DNA from: an uncultured Dehalococcoidales bacterium | Lineage (GTDB): Bacteria; Chloroflexota; Dehalococcoidia; GIF9; UBA5629 | Assembly (NCBI GenBank): GCA_964400675.1 | Contig: CAYNVO010000003.1 | Location: 42,576 to 106,575, forward strand | Direction of reading: 5' to 3' | Length of the DNA: 64,000 nt | In this document: positions 47,082 through 56,432 of the stretch, in pieces | How the letters are laid out: the number at the start of each line of letters is the position of its first letter | Numbering within the stretch: position 1 is the stretch's first letter | Translations under genes and position numbers: made by a program | The notes under the pieces: model-generated | What the model saw: only the letters and a program-made list of their open reading frames with translations | Told to the model about the DNA's origin: nothing | Database searches by the model: none

Positions 47082-47952
47082 TCAATGAGGCTCCAAAAGG
47101 CAAGGAGAAGTACCTTATCAGCCAGGTCTCAAGTCTGGTTAGCTGCAGGAATGTTTCGTTAATTACGGGGATTGTTTTAACCTCGATAGCTTCATCTATG
47201 GTACGGTTAATATTTCTCTTATCAAAGAGTCTGTTGCTCATTCTAATGGCAGCCAACACCGGGAAAAGTGATGACACGTAATATGATATTTTCTTGATCG
47301 AGAACCCGCTGCGCTGAAGTTTAGTAGCCAGTTCCGATTTATCATATCTACGTACGTGGTTTGCTATTCTATCATGGTGACTCCAGAGAAATCTATGAGC
47401 AGGAACGGTCAGAATCAAATATCCTGCAGGCTTTAAGGCTCGATTAATTTCTCTAAGCGCCGCTTCATCATCGCTGATATGCTCCAGCACATCGAACACC
47501 CCTATAATGTCCCAGTTATTAAGGAAGGGCAAAGAGAGTATGTCTGCTTGGTACAAATCAACAGATGAAGACCTTTGCCGGCAAAATCTCAGCCCCTCCA
47601 TTAGAATATCCATGCCCGCTATATTGATGCCGCTGCTTTTCAAATGCACCAGGACACTCCCATTGCCACAACCGATTTCAAGCATTACGGAGCTGGCTAA
47701 ATCAGGTACATTTCTTCTTAGAACATCAAGGATCAATTCTCGTCTTCCGACCTGCCAGAAGTGTTTCTGCTCCATTTTGAAAAGGAATTCAAATATTTCA
47801 GGGTCAAAACTATCGACCTTTCTCCCTTTCTCTACAAATGAAGGAATGCCGTCAACTACAGGGTAATGGATATGGCAGGCACGGCAAAAATATTTATCGC
47901 TGCTCTTCTCTAGTGCGCTGCGACATTTAGGGCAATACAACACCTGCTGCAT
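47050..47952 (-). CDS. Class I SAM-dependent methyltransferase with an N-terminal Trm112-like zinc ribbon.
   Basis: CPKCRS...CRACH ribbon. Motif I LEIGCGNGSVLVHL. Confidence 0.7.
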   Translation of the reverse strand: MQQVLYCPKCRSALEKSSDKYFCRACHIHYPVVDGIPSFVEKGRKVDSFDPEIFEFLFKMEQKHFWQVGRRELILDVLRRNVPDLASSVMLEIGCGNGSVLVHLKSSGINIAGMDILMEGLRFCRQRSSSVDLYQADILSLPFLNNWDIIGVFDVLEHISDDEAALREINRALKPAGYLILTVPAHRFLWSHHDRIANHVRRYDKSELATKLQRSGFSIKKISYYVSSLFPVLAAIRMSNRLFDKRNINRTIDEAIEVKTIPVINETFLQLTRLETWLIRYFSLPFGASLIALAEKRNAK

Positions 47953-48383
47953 AGGAATTACTCGCCGGCAATTATCTGTCTTCCGAAGGAATACTCGTAA
48001 ACCTTGTAAAATTGATAGTTTTTCTCAGAGTCAAGGGCTATTGTCCTCACTAGCGCGCCAGACATGACATGGGACACTAATTCTGTATAGCTCCAAGTAT
48101 ACCCCATGTTAAGATCTTTACACAATCGTATTTCATACCGCCAACAGCCTTCAAGCCGCTAGAACAAAGGCTCCTCTTACGTTATTGTAGTAACAGCTTA
48201 TTGACCTCTTATGATATAATTTTGCCCATATTAGGTTGCTGAAATTTACATCGCTAATACCTGTGGCATCGGGAATCAAATGACGGTCTTACATGAGTAC
48301 TTTTGGGGGTAGCATCTCAGTCTATCGTTGGCCAGACAATCAAGCGGTCTTACTTGTCATGAGGAGCCAAGAAGGCCAAATCA

Positions 48384-49922
48384 ATGAAACTACTTGATAG
48401 AATCAAATCAAACAAATCCCTAATCCTTATCCTTTGTCTTATATTTGTCTTGGCTCTGGGTGTTAGGGTGGGCATACTATGTAATACCTACGATGTACAC
48501 CCCGCTAATATTGTACTTGGAATGACCCAAGCAAAAATATTAGTCGAGGGGCTGGAATCCCTTACTGAAGCGAATGAGTTTCAAGGTGCTCTTTCCTCCT
48601 TAGGTATGACTATTGGTTCGTTTTGGGGACATTCTATGCAAAACGCTGTGATGCTAGCCGGGACTTATTGGGTTTTCGGAGAATACGACCCTATTTGTGT
48701 ACGGGTAATTTGGTTAATCATTGATTCCTTCGGTTGCCTCCTGATGTTCTTAATTGGGAAGGAATTGTTCAGCAGGAGAATTGGATTAATCGCAGCCTTT
48801 TTATATGCTATATGGTTACCTATTGCATATTTATCCACCTGGATGTTCTACTATAATTTGATGCCATTTATAACATTGCTTTCTCTGTACTTCTTTATAA
48901 AGGCAGTACGAACGGGGGCGATAAAGTTTTATGTCCTATCAGCTCTCTCTATTGGAATTGGTTGTTACTATTCACCAATTATTATGTTTTTGCCATTGAT
49001 GTTCGGTCTGGCTTTGTTCATATACAACCTTGGGAAATCAAATTTCCGAAAACAGGTTGCTAATGTAGCTAAAATGACTGCTGTTATGGTGGCAGTAGTC
49101 TTTCTAATTATATCCCCAACCTGGGGTATAATTCATTATATAAGGCCTGAGCTTAAGGATTTTACTATGAGAGGAGGCATCCTTTGGGGCGGTATGTGGG
49201 AAGGCTTTGGGGAGTTTGGGGAAAACCCGGTTGGAGCTGTGTTCAATGATTATGTAACTTATGACCAGGTAACAAAAGAGTGGGGCTACGATTCTGTAAC
49301 TTATAACCAAGAAAAAGGAGAGTGGGAATACGAGGTGGAAATGTGGGGCCCTGAATACGATGAGATATTTAAGCCACGGGTGTTAGACGCCATAAGAGAA
49401 CATCCGGCGTGGTGGCTGAGCCTCCTGGCCAGGAGAGTTCCCCACAGCATAGTCTATACCAGCCAGCTTGGAATACAATATTACCCTCGAGACGCGGAGG
49501 GTAATCGTATAGAGAGGAAATGTCAATATCCGACTATTGGCCCCATTATTGCAATGATAAAGGGTGGTACATTTTGGGAATTTGTTAAAAGTTGTCCTTA
49601 CGCTGCTTTTTATACGGGACTTATGTATCTGTTTGCCGTTGTGCCTGTTTTGCTTAGCGTCGTTGGTATCTGGGTTATGAGAAAGAACTGGAGACCATTG
49701 ATTTTGGTAGCGGCGGCTTCAATATACTTTGCTGCCGTTCACATAGTTATGTTTGTTTCCTCATATAAAAGCATGGTGGCGGGAAATTTGGCCTATATTA
49801 TTTTCAGTGCCATTGCCCTGGATTATATCTATAGAAGAATACGGGGTGCCGACATCAGAACTGACGAATTAGCTACGCCATCAACAGGAAAGCCATCGGC
49901 TATAGTCCGAAGACAAAAATAA
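48384..49922 (+). CDS. Polytopic GT-C fold glycosyltransferase (GT39/GT83 PMT_2-like).
   Basis: 512 aa with more than 10 TM helices and a PMT_2-like N-terminal region. The 3' end (...RRQK*) runs into sequence homologous to the epimerase C-terminus, so this looks like a recombination junction. Confidence 0.5.
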   Translation: MKLLDRIKSNKSLILILCLIFVLALGVRVGILCNTYDVHPANIVLGMTQAKILVEGLESLTEANEFQGALSSLGMTIGSFWGHSMQNAVMLAGTYWVFGEYDPICVRVIWLIIDSFGCLLMFLIGKELFSRRIGLIAAFLYAIWLPIAYLSTWMFYYNLMPFITLLSLYFFIKAVRTGAIKFYVLSALSIGIGCYYSPIIMFLPLMFGLALFIYNLGKSNFRKQVANVAKMTAVMVAVVFLIISPTWGIIHYIRPELKDFTMRGGILWGGMWEGFGEFGENPVGAVFNDYVTYDQVTKEWGYDSVTYNQEKGEWEYEVEMWGPEYDEIFKPRVLDAIREHPAWWLSLLARRVPHSIVYTSQLGIQYYPRDAEGNRIERKCQYPTIGPIIAMIKGGTFWEFVKSCPYAAFYTGLMYLFAVVPVLLSVVGIWVMRKNWRPLILVAAASIYFAAVHIVMFVSSYKSMVAGNLAYIIFSAIALDYIYRRIRGADIRTDELATPSTGKPSAIVRRQK

Positions 49923-49996
49923 AAGACGGCATCACGGAGGTTCACCGGTGGGTAAAGTCAAACTGGGACAAGATAGAAGAGTGCGCCAGATTTTAG
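49922..49996 (+). pseudogene. 25-codon C-terminal remnant of an epimerase paralogous to 41797..42795.
   Basis: Encodes KDGITEVHRWVKSNWDKIEECARF*, compared with KIKDGVKKVYEWVVANRDKIEECARF* at the end of 41797..42795. Identical 17-mer ACAAAAATAAAAGACGG at both loci (42705..42730 and 49913..49929). Confidence 0.55.
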
Positions 49997-50060
49997 GCTA
50001 AGGGAAAAACAATTGTGATTTTGTCATACGTGCGAGGAGCCATTCAGCAGAAGGACGACG

Positions 50061-50133
50061 TGGCAATCTCACAGTCGAGGGCGCATCAGTGAGATTGCTT
50101 CGCTCCGCTCGCAATGACAGTTTGAGCTACGGA
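50061..50133. repeat. Small repeat element with a 10-bp perfect inverted repeat (GCAATCTCAC-16 nt-GTGAGATTGC) and a CTGTCATTGCGAGCGGAGCGAAGCAATCTC core on the minus strand. Flanked by GGACGAC direct repeats.
   Basis: Same core as the 10.7-kb array. GGACGAC at 50053-50059 and 50131-50137 could be a target-site duplication. Confidence 0.5.
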
Positions 50134-50153
50134 CGACATCTAAAGGAGAACAG

Positions 50154-51233
50154 ATGACAGATAAGCTTAAAGTTGCCATAGTGGGTTGTGGTGCTGTAGC
50201 CGAAAAGCGCCATATTCCCGGTTTCGCCAGATTGAAAGACAGGGTTGCTGTGCGGGCTGTATGTGATAAAAATGAAGAATTGGCAAGACAAGTCGCTTTG
50301 AGACATCGAATTCCCAGAGTTTTTGTTAGCCAGACAGAGATGCTCAAGGCTGAAAAAGTCGACATAGTTGACGTCTGCACTCCACCTCAGATACACGCTC
50401 CCATAGCAGTTGAAGCGCTTGAAGCCGGTTGCCATGTGCTGATGGAAAAGCCCATGGCACTTAATACTGCTGACTGTGACAAAATGATAGAGGCAGCAAC
50501 AAAGAACAACCGCAAACTTTGCGTTGTTCATAACGTGCTTTTTCATCCCCCGCTTATCAAAGCCAGGGAGCTGGTCAAAGCGGGAGCCATAGGCAACTTC
50601 ATAGGTATGAGAATCCTATTATCAGACCCCAAAGACGAAATGATAATGCGCCAGGACTACTGGATACACAAGCTGCCCGGTGGATTGATTGGTGAAACCG
50701 GCCCTCACCCTGTTTACGTCTCCCTGGCTTTTCTGGATAAGGTTAATAACGTAGAAGTATTTGCCAAAAATTACCTGGAGCATCCCTGGGCACCTTTTGA
50801 TGAGTTCAGGCTCGAACTTGATGCTGATAATGGCATGAGCTCAGTGGCTATCTCATATTCCGGTGAACGATATGCTGCGGAGGTAGAGATATTCGGCTCA
50901 GAAGGTGCTCTTTATATAGACCTCCAGAGCATGCTGCTGGTGAAACACGGCACTAAGAAAACGCTCAGTTCTGCTAAGTTAGTCTCAACATCTTTCAGTA
51001 CGGTAACGCAAATTATCGGCGGTCTCATAGCCAACGGGTTCAAGACAACCACTGGCCAGTTCAGAGTGGGACATGAAAAAATAGTGGAGCTATTTGTCGA
51101 TAGCATTATTAAAGATACCACTCCGCCTGTTACAGGTGAAGAAGGGCGGGAAGTTATAAGGGTAATGGAGATGATAGTTGACAGGCTTTATGGCAAATAC
51201 GGTCGCCCTCAACCATCTGAACCTAGAACCTAG
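50154..51233 (+). CDS. Gfo/Idh/MocA family NAD(P)-dependent sugar oxidoreductase.
   Basis: VAIVGCGAVAEKRHIPGF Rossmann N-terminus, EKP motif (LMEKPMA). The C-terminus ends inside the heptamer array. Confidence 0.8.
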   Translation: MTDKLKVAIVGCGAVAEKRHIPGFARLKDRVAVRAVCDKNEELARQVALRHRIPRVFVSQTEMLKAEKVDIVDVCTPPQIHAPIAVEALEAGCHVLMEKPMALNTADCDKMIEAATKNNRKLCVVHNVLFHPPLIKARELVKAGAIGNFIGMRILLSDPKDEMIMRQDYWIHKLPGGLIGETGPHPVYVSLAFLDKVNNVEVFAKNYLEHPWAPFDEFRLELDADNGMSSVAISYSGERYAAEVEIFGSEGALYIDLQSMLLVKHGTKKTLSSAKLVSTSFSTVTQIIGGLIANGFKTTTGQFRVGHEKIVELFVDSIIKDTTPPVTGEEGREVIRVMEMIVDRLYGKYGRPQPSEPRT

Positions 51234-51258
51234 AACTTAGAACCTAGAACTTTGAAAC
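51219..51258. repeat. Heptamer array GAACCTAGAACCTAGAACTTAGAACCTAGAACTTTGAAAC.
   Basis: About 5.5 tandem 7-bp units spanning the stop of the oxidoreductase and the start region of the methyltransferase. Confidence 0.6.
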
Positions 51259-51260
51259 AG

Positions 51261-52037
51261 ATGCTACAAAAAGAAAAGGGACCGGTCCAGCAGTTCTGGG
51301 ACGCAACTCCCTGTGGGACTGGCGATATCAAAATTGAGCCTGAGACACTTGAATACTTTGAGGCTATATCGGAAAGACGTAACAAACTGGAACCCTTTAT
51401 CGCTGACTATGCCCAGTTTAATAGATGGGCAGGTAAAAGAGTACTTGAGATGGGATGTGGTGCAGGGAGTGACCTGCTACGCTTTGCTAAAGCAGGTGCC
51501 CGTATCACGGGCGTAGATTTATCACCACGCTCGGCTTCACTGGCAAAGACCAGACTGAGCATTTATGATTGTCAGGGTAATGTGCTAGTAGCCGATGTCG
51601 AACAATTGCCTTTTAAAACAGATTCATTCGACCTGGTTTATTCCTGGGGAGTCTTGCATCACACGCCAGATACCGAACAAGCCATTAGAGAGGTGTACCG
51701 GGTGGCCAAGCCAGGCAGTGAGATTTGCATTATGCTCTACCACAGGCACTCGCTGGTCGCTCTGCAAATGTATCTCATGTACGGACTTTTTGCTTTTAAG
51801 CCTTTGAGAGGCTTGAAAGACATACTTGCCAATCACCATGAAAGCCCTGGCACAAAAGCCTATACTGTAACCGAGGCTCAGCAGATGTTCTCGGTATTTA
51901 AAGACGTGAAAATCAAGGTCTGTCTCACTCCTTACGACCTACGTTATAAAAGAAACAAATACTTCCCCCGATGGGTTGGTAAACTTATCCCACAGCGCCT
52001 CGGATGGTTCATGGTCATCCGAGGGCAAAAGTCTTGA
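51261..52037 (+). CDS. Class I SAM-dependent methyltransferase.
   Basis: Motif I VLEMGCGAGSDLLRFA...VDLSP. Start set at ATG 51261. The ORF-track TTG 51252 lies within the heptamer array. Confidence 0.7.
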   Translation: MLQKEKGPVQQFWDATPCGTGDIKIEPETLEYFEAISERRNKLEPFIADYAQFNRWAGKRVLEMGCGAGSDLLRFAKAGARITGVDLSPRSASLAKTRLSIYDCQGNVLVADVEQLPFKTDSFDLVYSWGVLHHTPDTEQAIREVYRVAKPGSEICIMLYHRHSLVALQMYLMYGLFAFKPLRGLKDILANHHESPGTKAYTVTEAQQMFSVFKDVKIKVCLTPYDLRYKRNKYFPRWVGKLIPQRLGWFMVIRGQKS

Positions 52038-52053
52038 TGGAGGTTTGGCTAAG

Positions 52054-53916
52054 ATGTCTGGAATATGCGGCGCAATAGGAATCGAGAACGAGGGACTATT
52101 AAAGAGGATGGCGTTGCTCATGGCGCACAGGGGAGATATAGTCGAAGTCTCCGTCAATAATGGTGCAACGATTGCGGTAATCCGCCGCACCGATGAGCCT
52201 GGACTGTATAACAAGGGAGCAACGTCTATTGCCCTTGACCACGATATTTATGCCATAGGCAACCGGCTGATTGAAGACAATTCAGAAATTTACCAGCACC
52301 TCGTAACTACTAATTCATCTAGCGACACTGTAAAGGTCTTGCGGGGAAGCTTCGCTCTCGCCATAGTGAACACAGGCAGCAGACACACAAGGCTAACTTT
52401 AGCCCGTGACATATACGGCACCAGGTCGATGTATTACTTGCAGACCGGGCAGGCGCTCTTTTTTGCCTCAGAGATGAAATGTTTCCTGGCTCTTGAGGAA
52501 TTTAAGCTAGAAGTCAACCCCGAAGCACTGGGCTACTACCTGAGTTGCGGCTTTATCTCTGATAATCAGACTTTGCTCAAACAAGCTTACAAGGTCTTGC
52601 CGGGAGAGATGGTGGAGTTTGAAAACGGAAAGACTAATTACCTGAAGTATTGGAGCCCAATGCCTTGTGAGCAGGCACCTTTAGATATAAACCACTGGAT
52701 TCAAGCCACCTGGGCTAATCTTAAAAACGCCACCACAACCCAATTGCCTAGGAAAGAAGGTAAGGTAGGAGTAGCACTGAGCGGGGGACTAGACTCATCT
52801 TTGATTGCAGCTACTCTAAAACATGTCAGCCGAGACCCCAAATTAATAAGCTTCTCCTTAGACTATGGTGATGGTGGTAGTTCTGAGCTGGACATGGCTG
52901 TAAAGATATCTAAATATCTGGATATAGATTGTCGCATCGTCACACTAAACACAGAGAAAATCATAAGAGACCTGGAGCAACTGCAATGGCTCTATGATGA
53001 ACCTCTGGTGAAGTTCACCTTCATACCAACCTATTACCTTATGAACGCAGCCAGGGAGGAGGTGAAAACATTATTCACCGGTGATGGTGGAGATGAGCTG
53101 TTTATAGGCTATAGAAATGACTACTGGGAAGACCCCATGATAATCAAGTTTTTCTCGAAGCTGGGGGCAATCAGGAAGCCTGCCTTGAAAGCGGGTAGGG
53201 GGCTGGCTATGCCCCTGGCCAACCGGACCGGCTCAAAAACTCTATCGTTAGCAGCAGAATTTTTCACCAGAGAGCATGCCAGTCATCCTGAATGGCAATA
53301 CAGAATCGCCTCTCGAGTTTTTCATCCTTATTTCCCAGAGGAAGATTTGGCGAGACTGCTCAATGATGCCAGTTCGCGGGGGTTAACTGACAGCACAGTC
53401 AAAACCATAAATATGGCGAATGCCAGCAGCAGTATCGAGAAAATATCACATGTCATGGTTAGCGGTGAACTCCCCAATGACCTGCTCAGGTTGGACAAAT
53501 CTGCGGCGGCTACCGGGCTGAAAATAAGGTCTCCGCTGCTTGACCCAGAGATGACTAATTTTGCCCTGAGTATTCCGATATCACTGAGGCACCGGCATGG
53601 AACAACCAAATATTTGCTCAGGCAGTTAATTAAGAGCTACGACTTGCTGCCGCCGGAGGTAGCTGCTGGTAAGCAGAAAGCCGGGTTAACGGCACCGATA
53701 CATCAGTGGCTAACTGAGAGTTCATCCCGGGACTACTTTGATACCTTGCTGCAGTCCAGCGCCAGCCTCCTCAACCTGGATATGGCTTATATGCATAGGT
53801 TCTATCCCCCAAGAACATATACCCAAACCTTGAAAGCCTGGGCGTTGATAGGCATACTATTGTGGCTGAAAACTCTCACTACCAAATCCGGAAGGTCTTT
53901 TCATGACATCACCTAA
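52054..53916 (+). CDS. Asparagine synthase (glutamine-hydrolysing)-like amidotransferase (WbpS/AsnB-like).
   Basis: N-terminal MSGICGA GATase-II-like region and SGGLDSSLIAA PP-loop. Start set at ATG 52054. Confidence 0.75.
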   Translation: MSGICGAIGIENEGLLKRMALLMAHRGDIVEVSVNNGATIAVIRRTDEPGLYNKGATSIALDHDIYAIGNRLIEDNSEIYQHLVTTNSSSDTVKVLRGSFALAIVNTGSRHTRLTLARDIYGTRSMYYLQTGQALFFASEMKCFLALEEFKLEVNPEALGYYLSCGFISDNQTLLKQAYKVLPGEMVEFENGKTNYLKYWSPMPCEQAPLDINHWIQATWANLKNATTTQLPRKEGKVGVALSGGLDSSLIAATLKHVSRDPKLISFSLDYGDGGSSELDMAVKISKYLDIDCRIVTLNTEKIIRDLEQLQWLYDEPLVKFTFIPTYYLMNAAREEVKTLFTGDGGDELFIGYRNDYWEDPMIIKFFSKLGAIRKPALKAGRGLAMPLANRTGSKTLSLAAEFFTREHASHPEWQYRIASRVFHPYFPEEDLARLLNDASSRGLTDSTVKTINMANASSSIEKISHVMVSGELPNDLLRLDKSAAATGLKIRSPLLDPEMTNFALSIPISLRHRHGTTKYLLRQLIKSYDLLPPEVAAGKQKAGLTAPIHQWLTESSSRDYFDTLLQSSASLLNLDMAYMHRFYPPRTYTQTLKAWALIGILLWLKTLTTKSGRSFHDIT

Positions 53917-56389
53917 CGATTGGCAAATCAAAAAATGCCTGGTGCTGTCCGGCAGCCTGCTGCTGGCTACATTGGGGCTCATCGGGCTTGGGGCTCTGGG
54001 GCTTGATATACCGGTACTGAGGCAGATAGTGGCTTTTATCTTCCTCAGCCTCATCCCTGGCCTTCTTCTCCTCAGAATCCTCAGGATTCACAATGTGCAT
54101 ATAATAGAAAGCCTGCTCTATTCGGTGGGATTGAGCCTGGCATTTGTCATGGCAGTGGGCGTGGTGGCTAACTTTGCCCTGCCACCACTGGGAGTCTCCA
54201 AACCTATTGCTCTGGTGCCATTAGCAGTCACCTTCACCATCTTTCTCATAATCCTATTCTTCGCGGCTTACTGGCGAGACAAAGATTTCCGTCCGCTCAG
54301 CCGGAGTGATAGCCCGGCTTCGGAATCCACCTGGCAAAGTTTCCGTACTAATCCCACTCCCTACCTGCTGGCTACCCTGCTGCCTCTACTGGCTGTCCTG
54401 GGAGCTAACCTGGTCAATGCCTATTGCAACAATGCCCTGCTCCTTGTTCTCATATTTGTCATCGCCGTAATCATTGGTTTAGCTGCCTTCAACAAGTTCA
54501 TTCATCCCCGAGTTTACCCCTTCATGATATTCATGATGGCACTGGCGCTCCTGTATCAGACCACCTTTATATCCAGCAACCTGGTAGGCAGCGATATCCA
54601 CCTGGAGTATTATGCGGGCAGACTTGTGGTAGAAAATGGCTACTGGGATGCTACCTTCCCTACCAGTATAAATTCTTGCTTGAGCATTGTCATGCTGGCA
54701 CCCATATATTCGTTATTACTGAATGTGGACATTGTCTGGCTGTTTAAAGTAGTTTATCCCGTTTTGTTTGCCCTGATGCCCATGGCGCTCTTCCGCGTAT
54801 TCAGCCTGCAAATCAAATCGCAGTACGCCTTCCTAGCTGTAGTATTTTTCATCACCTTGCCCATGTTCACCATGGACATGGCTCAATTAGTCAGGCAGCA
54901 AGTGTCAGAGCTCTTCTTCATCCTGGTGGTACTTCTGATGGTAGACCGCAAGTTAACGTTGGTACAGAGAACCATTTTGGTACTTATCTTTGGTTTTGGT
55001 GTAGTCGTGTCTTATTATGGGTTGGGTACTGCCTATCCTATCGGTTATCTGGCTTTCGGCGCACTGGTGCTTATCTTCATTAAAAGCCGCCCCGGTCGAA
55101 CTCTATGGCAGTGGCTGACAGGAAAAGCTAATCCCATACCCGCTGATTTAACCTCAGCCGGAGCATTTAATAAAAAGGCCCTGGCTGTTATTGTTGGCGT
55201 GAGTCTGATTTTCATGTTCTGCTACTACGGAGTCGTTGCTTCAGGAACAGCTCATAGTGGCATCAGTGTTGCCTCAGGCATTGCTCAAGGCACTGTTTAC
55301 CAAATATTCACACCACCACCAACAACCGAAACACCACCAACAACCGAAACACCACCAACAACCGAAACACCACCAACAACCGGAACATCACCAACAACCG
55401 GAACATCACCAACAACCGGAACATCACCAACAACCGGAACACCATCCATCATCGAGAAGATTATAGCTAGATTCCCGATGTTGAACCCCCTGTATAAAGA
55501 GCCCTTGACTCAGACAGCCCTTGGGCTTGATTTTGCCCTGGCATCACCGGGAGGAAAAGTTTGGCGCATTTTCCAATACCTGGTTGAGCTCTGCCTTATT
55601 GTCGGCTGCTTCAGGCTCGTTTTCCGCCCTTCTTCGCTGGGGACTAAATTAAAAGCCGAATATATTTCGTTGACTATAGTAAGCGCCTTTATACTATTGG
55701 GTATCTTCGTCCTGCCCTCAATGTCCTATGGACTAGGTACCAGCCGCATCTGGCAAATCACCCTGCTCCTCATGTCACCCTTATTCATATTCGGCGGCGA
55801 AGCCATTGCTTCCGGAATAGCTAAGGTGGTTGGAGTATTCCGAAAGGGCTTTGCATCATTTAGGTCAGGATATGATAGTCGGGCGATTCTATGCTTTCCA
55901 GTGCTCCTAATACTCATACCATACTTTATATTCAACAGCGGAGTTGTCTTCGAGCTTAGCAAAAGCCAGACCACAGATTTTATTGATATCCCCTATTCCA
56001 TTGCTCTGTCAAGTTATCGAGTAGAGCTAAGTACTGTCTTCACTAAGCAAGATGTTACTGCCGCTGATTGGCTCGACACCGTAGCCAAGGAAAACCAACC
56101 TATCTACGTCGACCACCACAGTGATAAGCTACTCGGTTGCCAACTTGGTTGGCACTTTGAAGCACGGAATGCAATGTGGGGGTTTCTCTATATGCCCAAA
56201 GAGATGTCTTCACCAAGCTACATCTATCTTGGTACCTGGAATACCCAAAAGAGACTGCTGGTCTTTGGTACAGTTTATGCAGGCAGAAAGAGCGTTAGCT
56301 TCGACAATTTGCCTGAGGTTGTTTCATATATGGAGCAGAGTGATAGAATCTATAGCAATAATGGAGCTGAAATATTGCTACACAGGTAA
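53903..56389 (+). CDS. Large polytopic membrane protein with an extracytoplasmic Thr/Pro-rich repeat. Possible glycan polymerase, ligase or oligosaccharyltransferase-like protein.
   Basis: 828 aa. About 14 TM helices in the first 460 aa, then PPTTET x3 / SPTTGT x4, then more TM helices and a C-terminal soluble domain. Confidence 0.45.
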   Translation: MTSPNDWQIKKCLVLSGSLLLATLGLIGLGALGLDIPVLRQIVAFIFLSLIPGLLLLRILRIHNVHIIESLLYSVGLSLAFVMAVGVVANFALPPLGVSKPIALVPLAVTFTIFLIILFFAAYWRDKDFRPLSRSDSPASESTWQSFRTNPTPYLLATLLPLLAVLGANLVNAYCNNALLLVLIFVIAVIIGLAAFNKFIHPRVYPFMIFMMALALLYQTTFISSNLVGSDIHLEYYAGRLVVENGYWDATFPTSINSCLSIVMLAPIYSLLLNVDIVWLFKVVYPVLFALMPMALFRVFSLQIKSQYAFLAVVFFITLPMFTMDMAQLVRQQVSELFFILVVLLMVDRKLTLVQRTILVLIFGFGVVVSYYGLGTAYPIGYLAFGALVLIFIKSRPGRTLWQWLTGKANPIPADLTSAGAFNKKALAVIVGVSLIFMFCYYGVVASGTAHSGISVASGIAQGTVYQIFTPPPTTETPPTTETPPTTETPPTTGTSPTTGTSPTTGTSPTTGTPSIIEKIIARFPMLNPLYKEPLTQTALGLDFALASPGGKVWRIFQYLVELCLIVGCFRLVFRPSSLGTKLKAEYISLTIVSAFILLGIFVLPSMSYGLGTSRIWQITLLLMSPLFIFGGEAIASGIAKVVGVFRKGFASFRSGYDSRAILCFPVLLILIPYFIFNSGVVFELSKSQTTDFIDIPYSIALSSYRVELSTVFTKQDVTAADWLDTVAKENQPIYVDHHSDKLLGCQLGWHFEARNAMWGFLYMPKEMSSPSYIYLGTWNTQKRLLVFGTVYAGRKSVSFDNLPEVVSYMEQSDRIYSNNGAEILLHR
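55312..55443 (+). repeat. Perfect 18-bp tandem repeat, about 7 units (ACCACCAACAACCGAAAC x3, then ATCACCAACAACCGGAAC x4).
   Basis: Read directly. Encodes (PPTTET)3(SPTTGT)4 inside the membrane protein. Confidence 0.85.
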
Positions 56390-56432
56390 AATCAAAATCG
56401 CAATAGGTTCTAACATAAGGAGAAAATAGCGG

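Noticed and set aside
55236-55466. 76-aa ORF encoding (QPKHH)n
   Set aside because: It is an alternative-frame reading of the 18-bp tandem repeat inside the large membrane protein gene.
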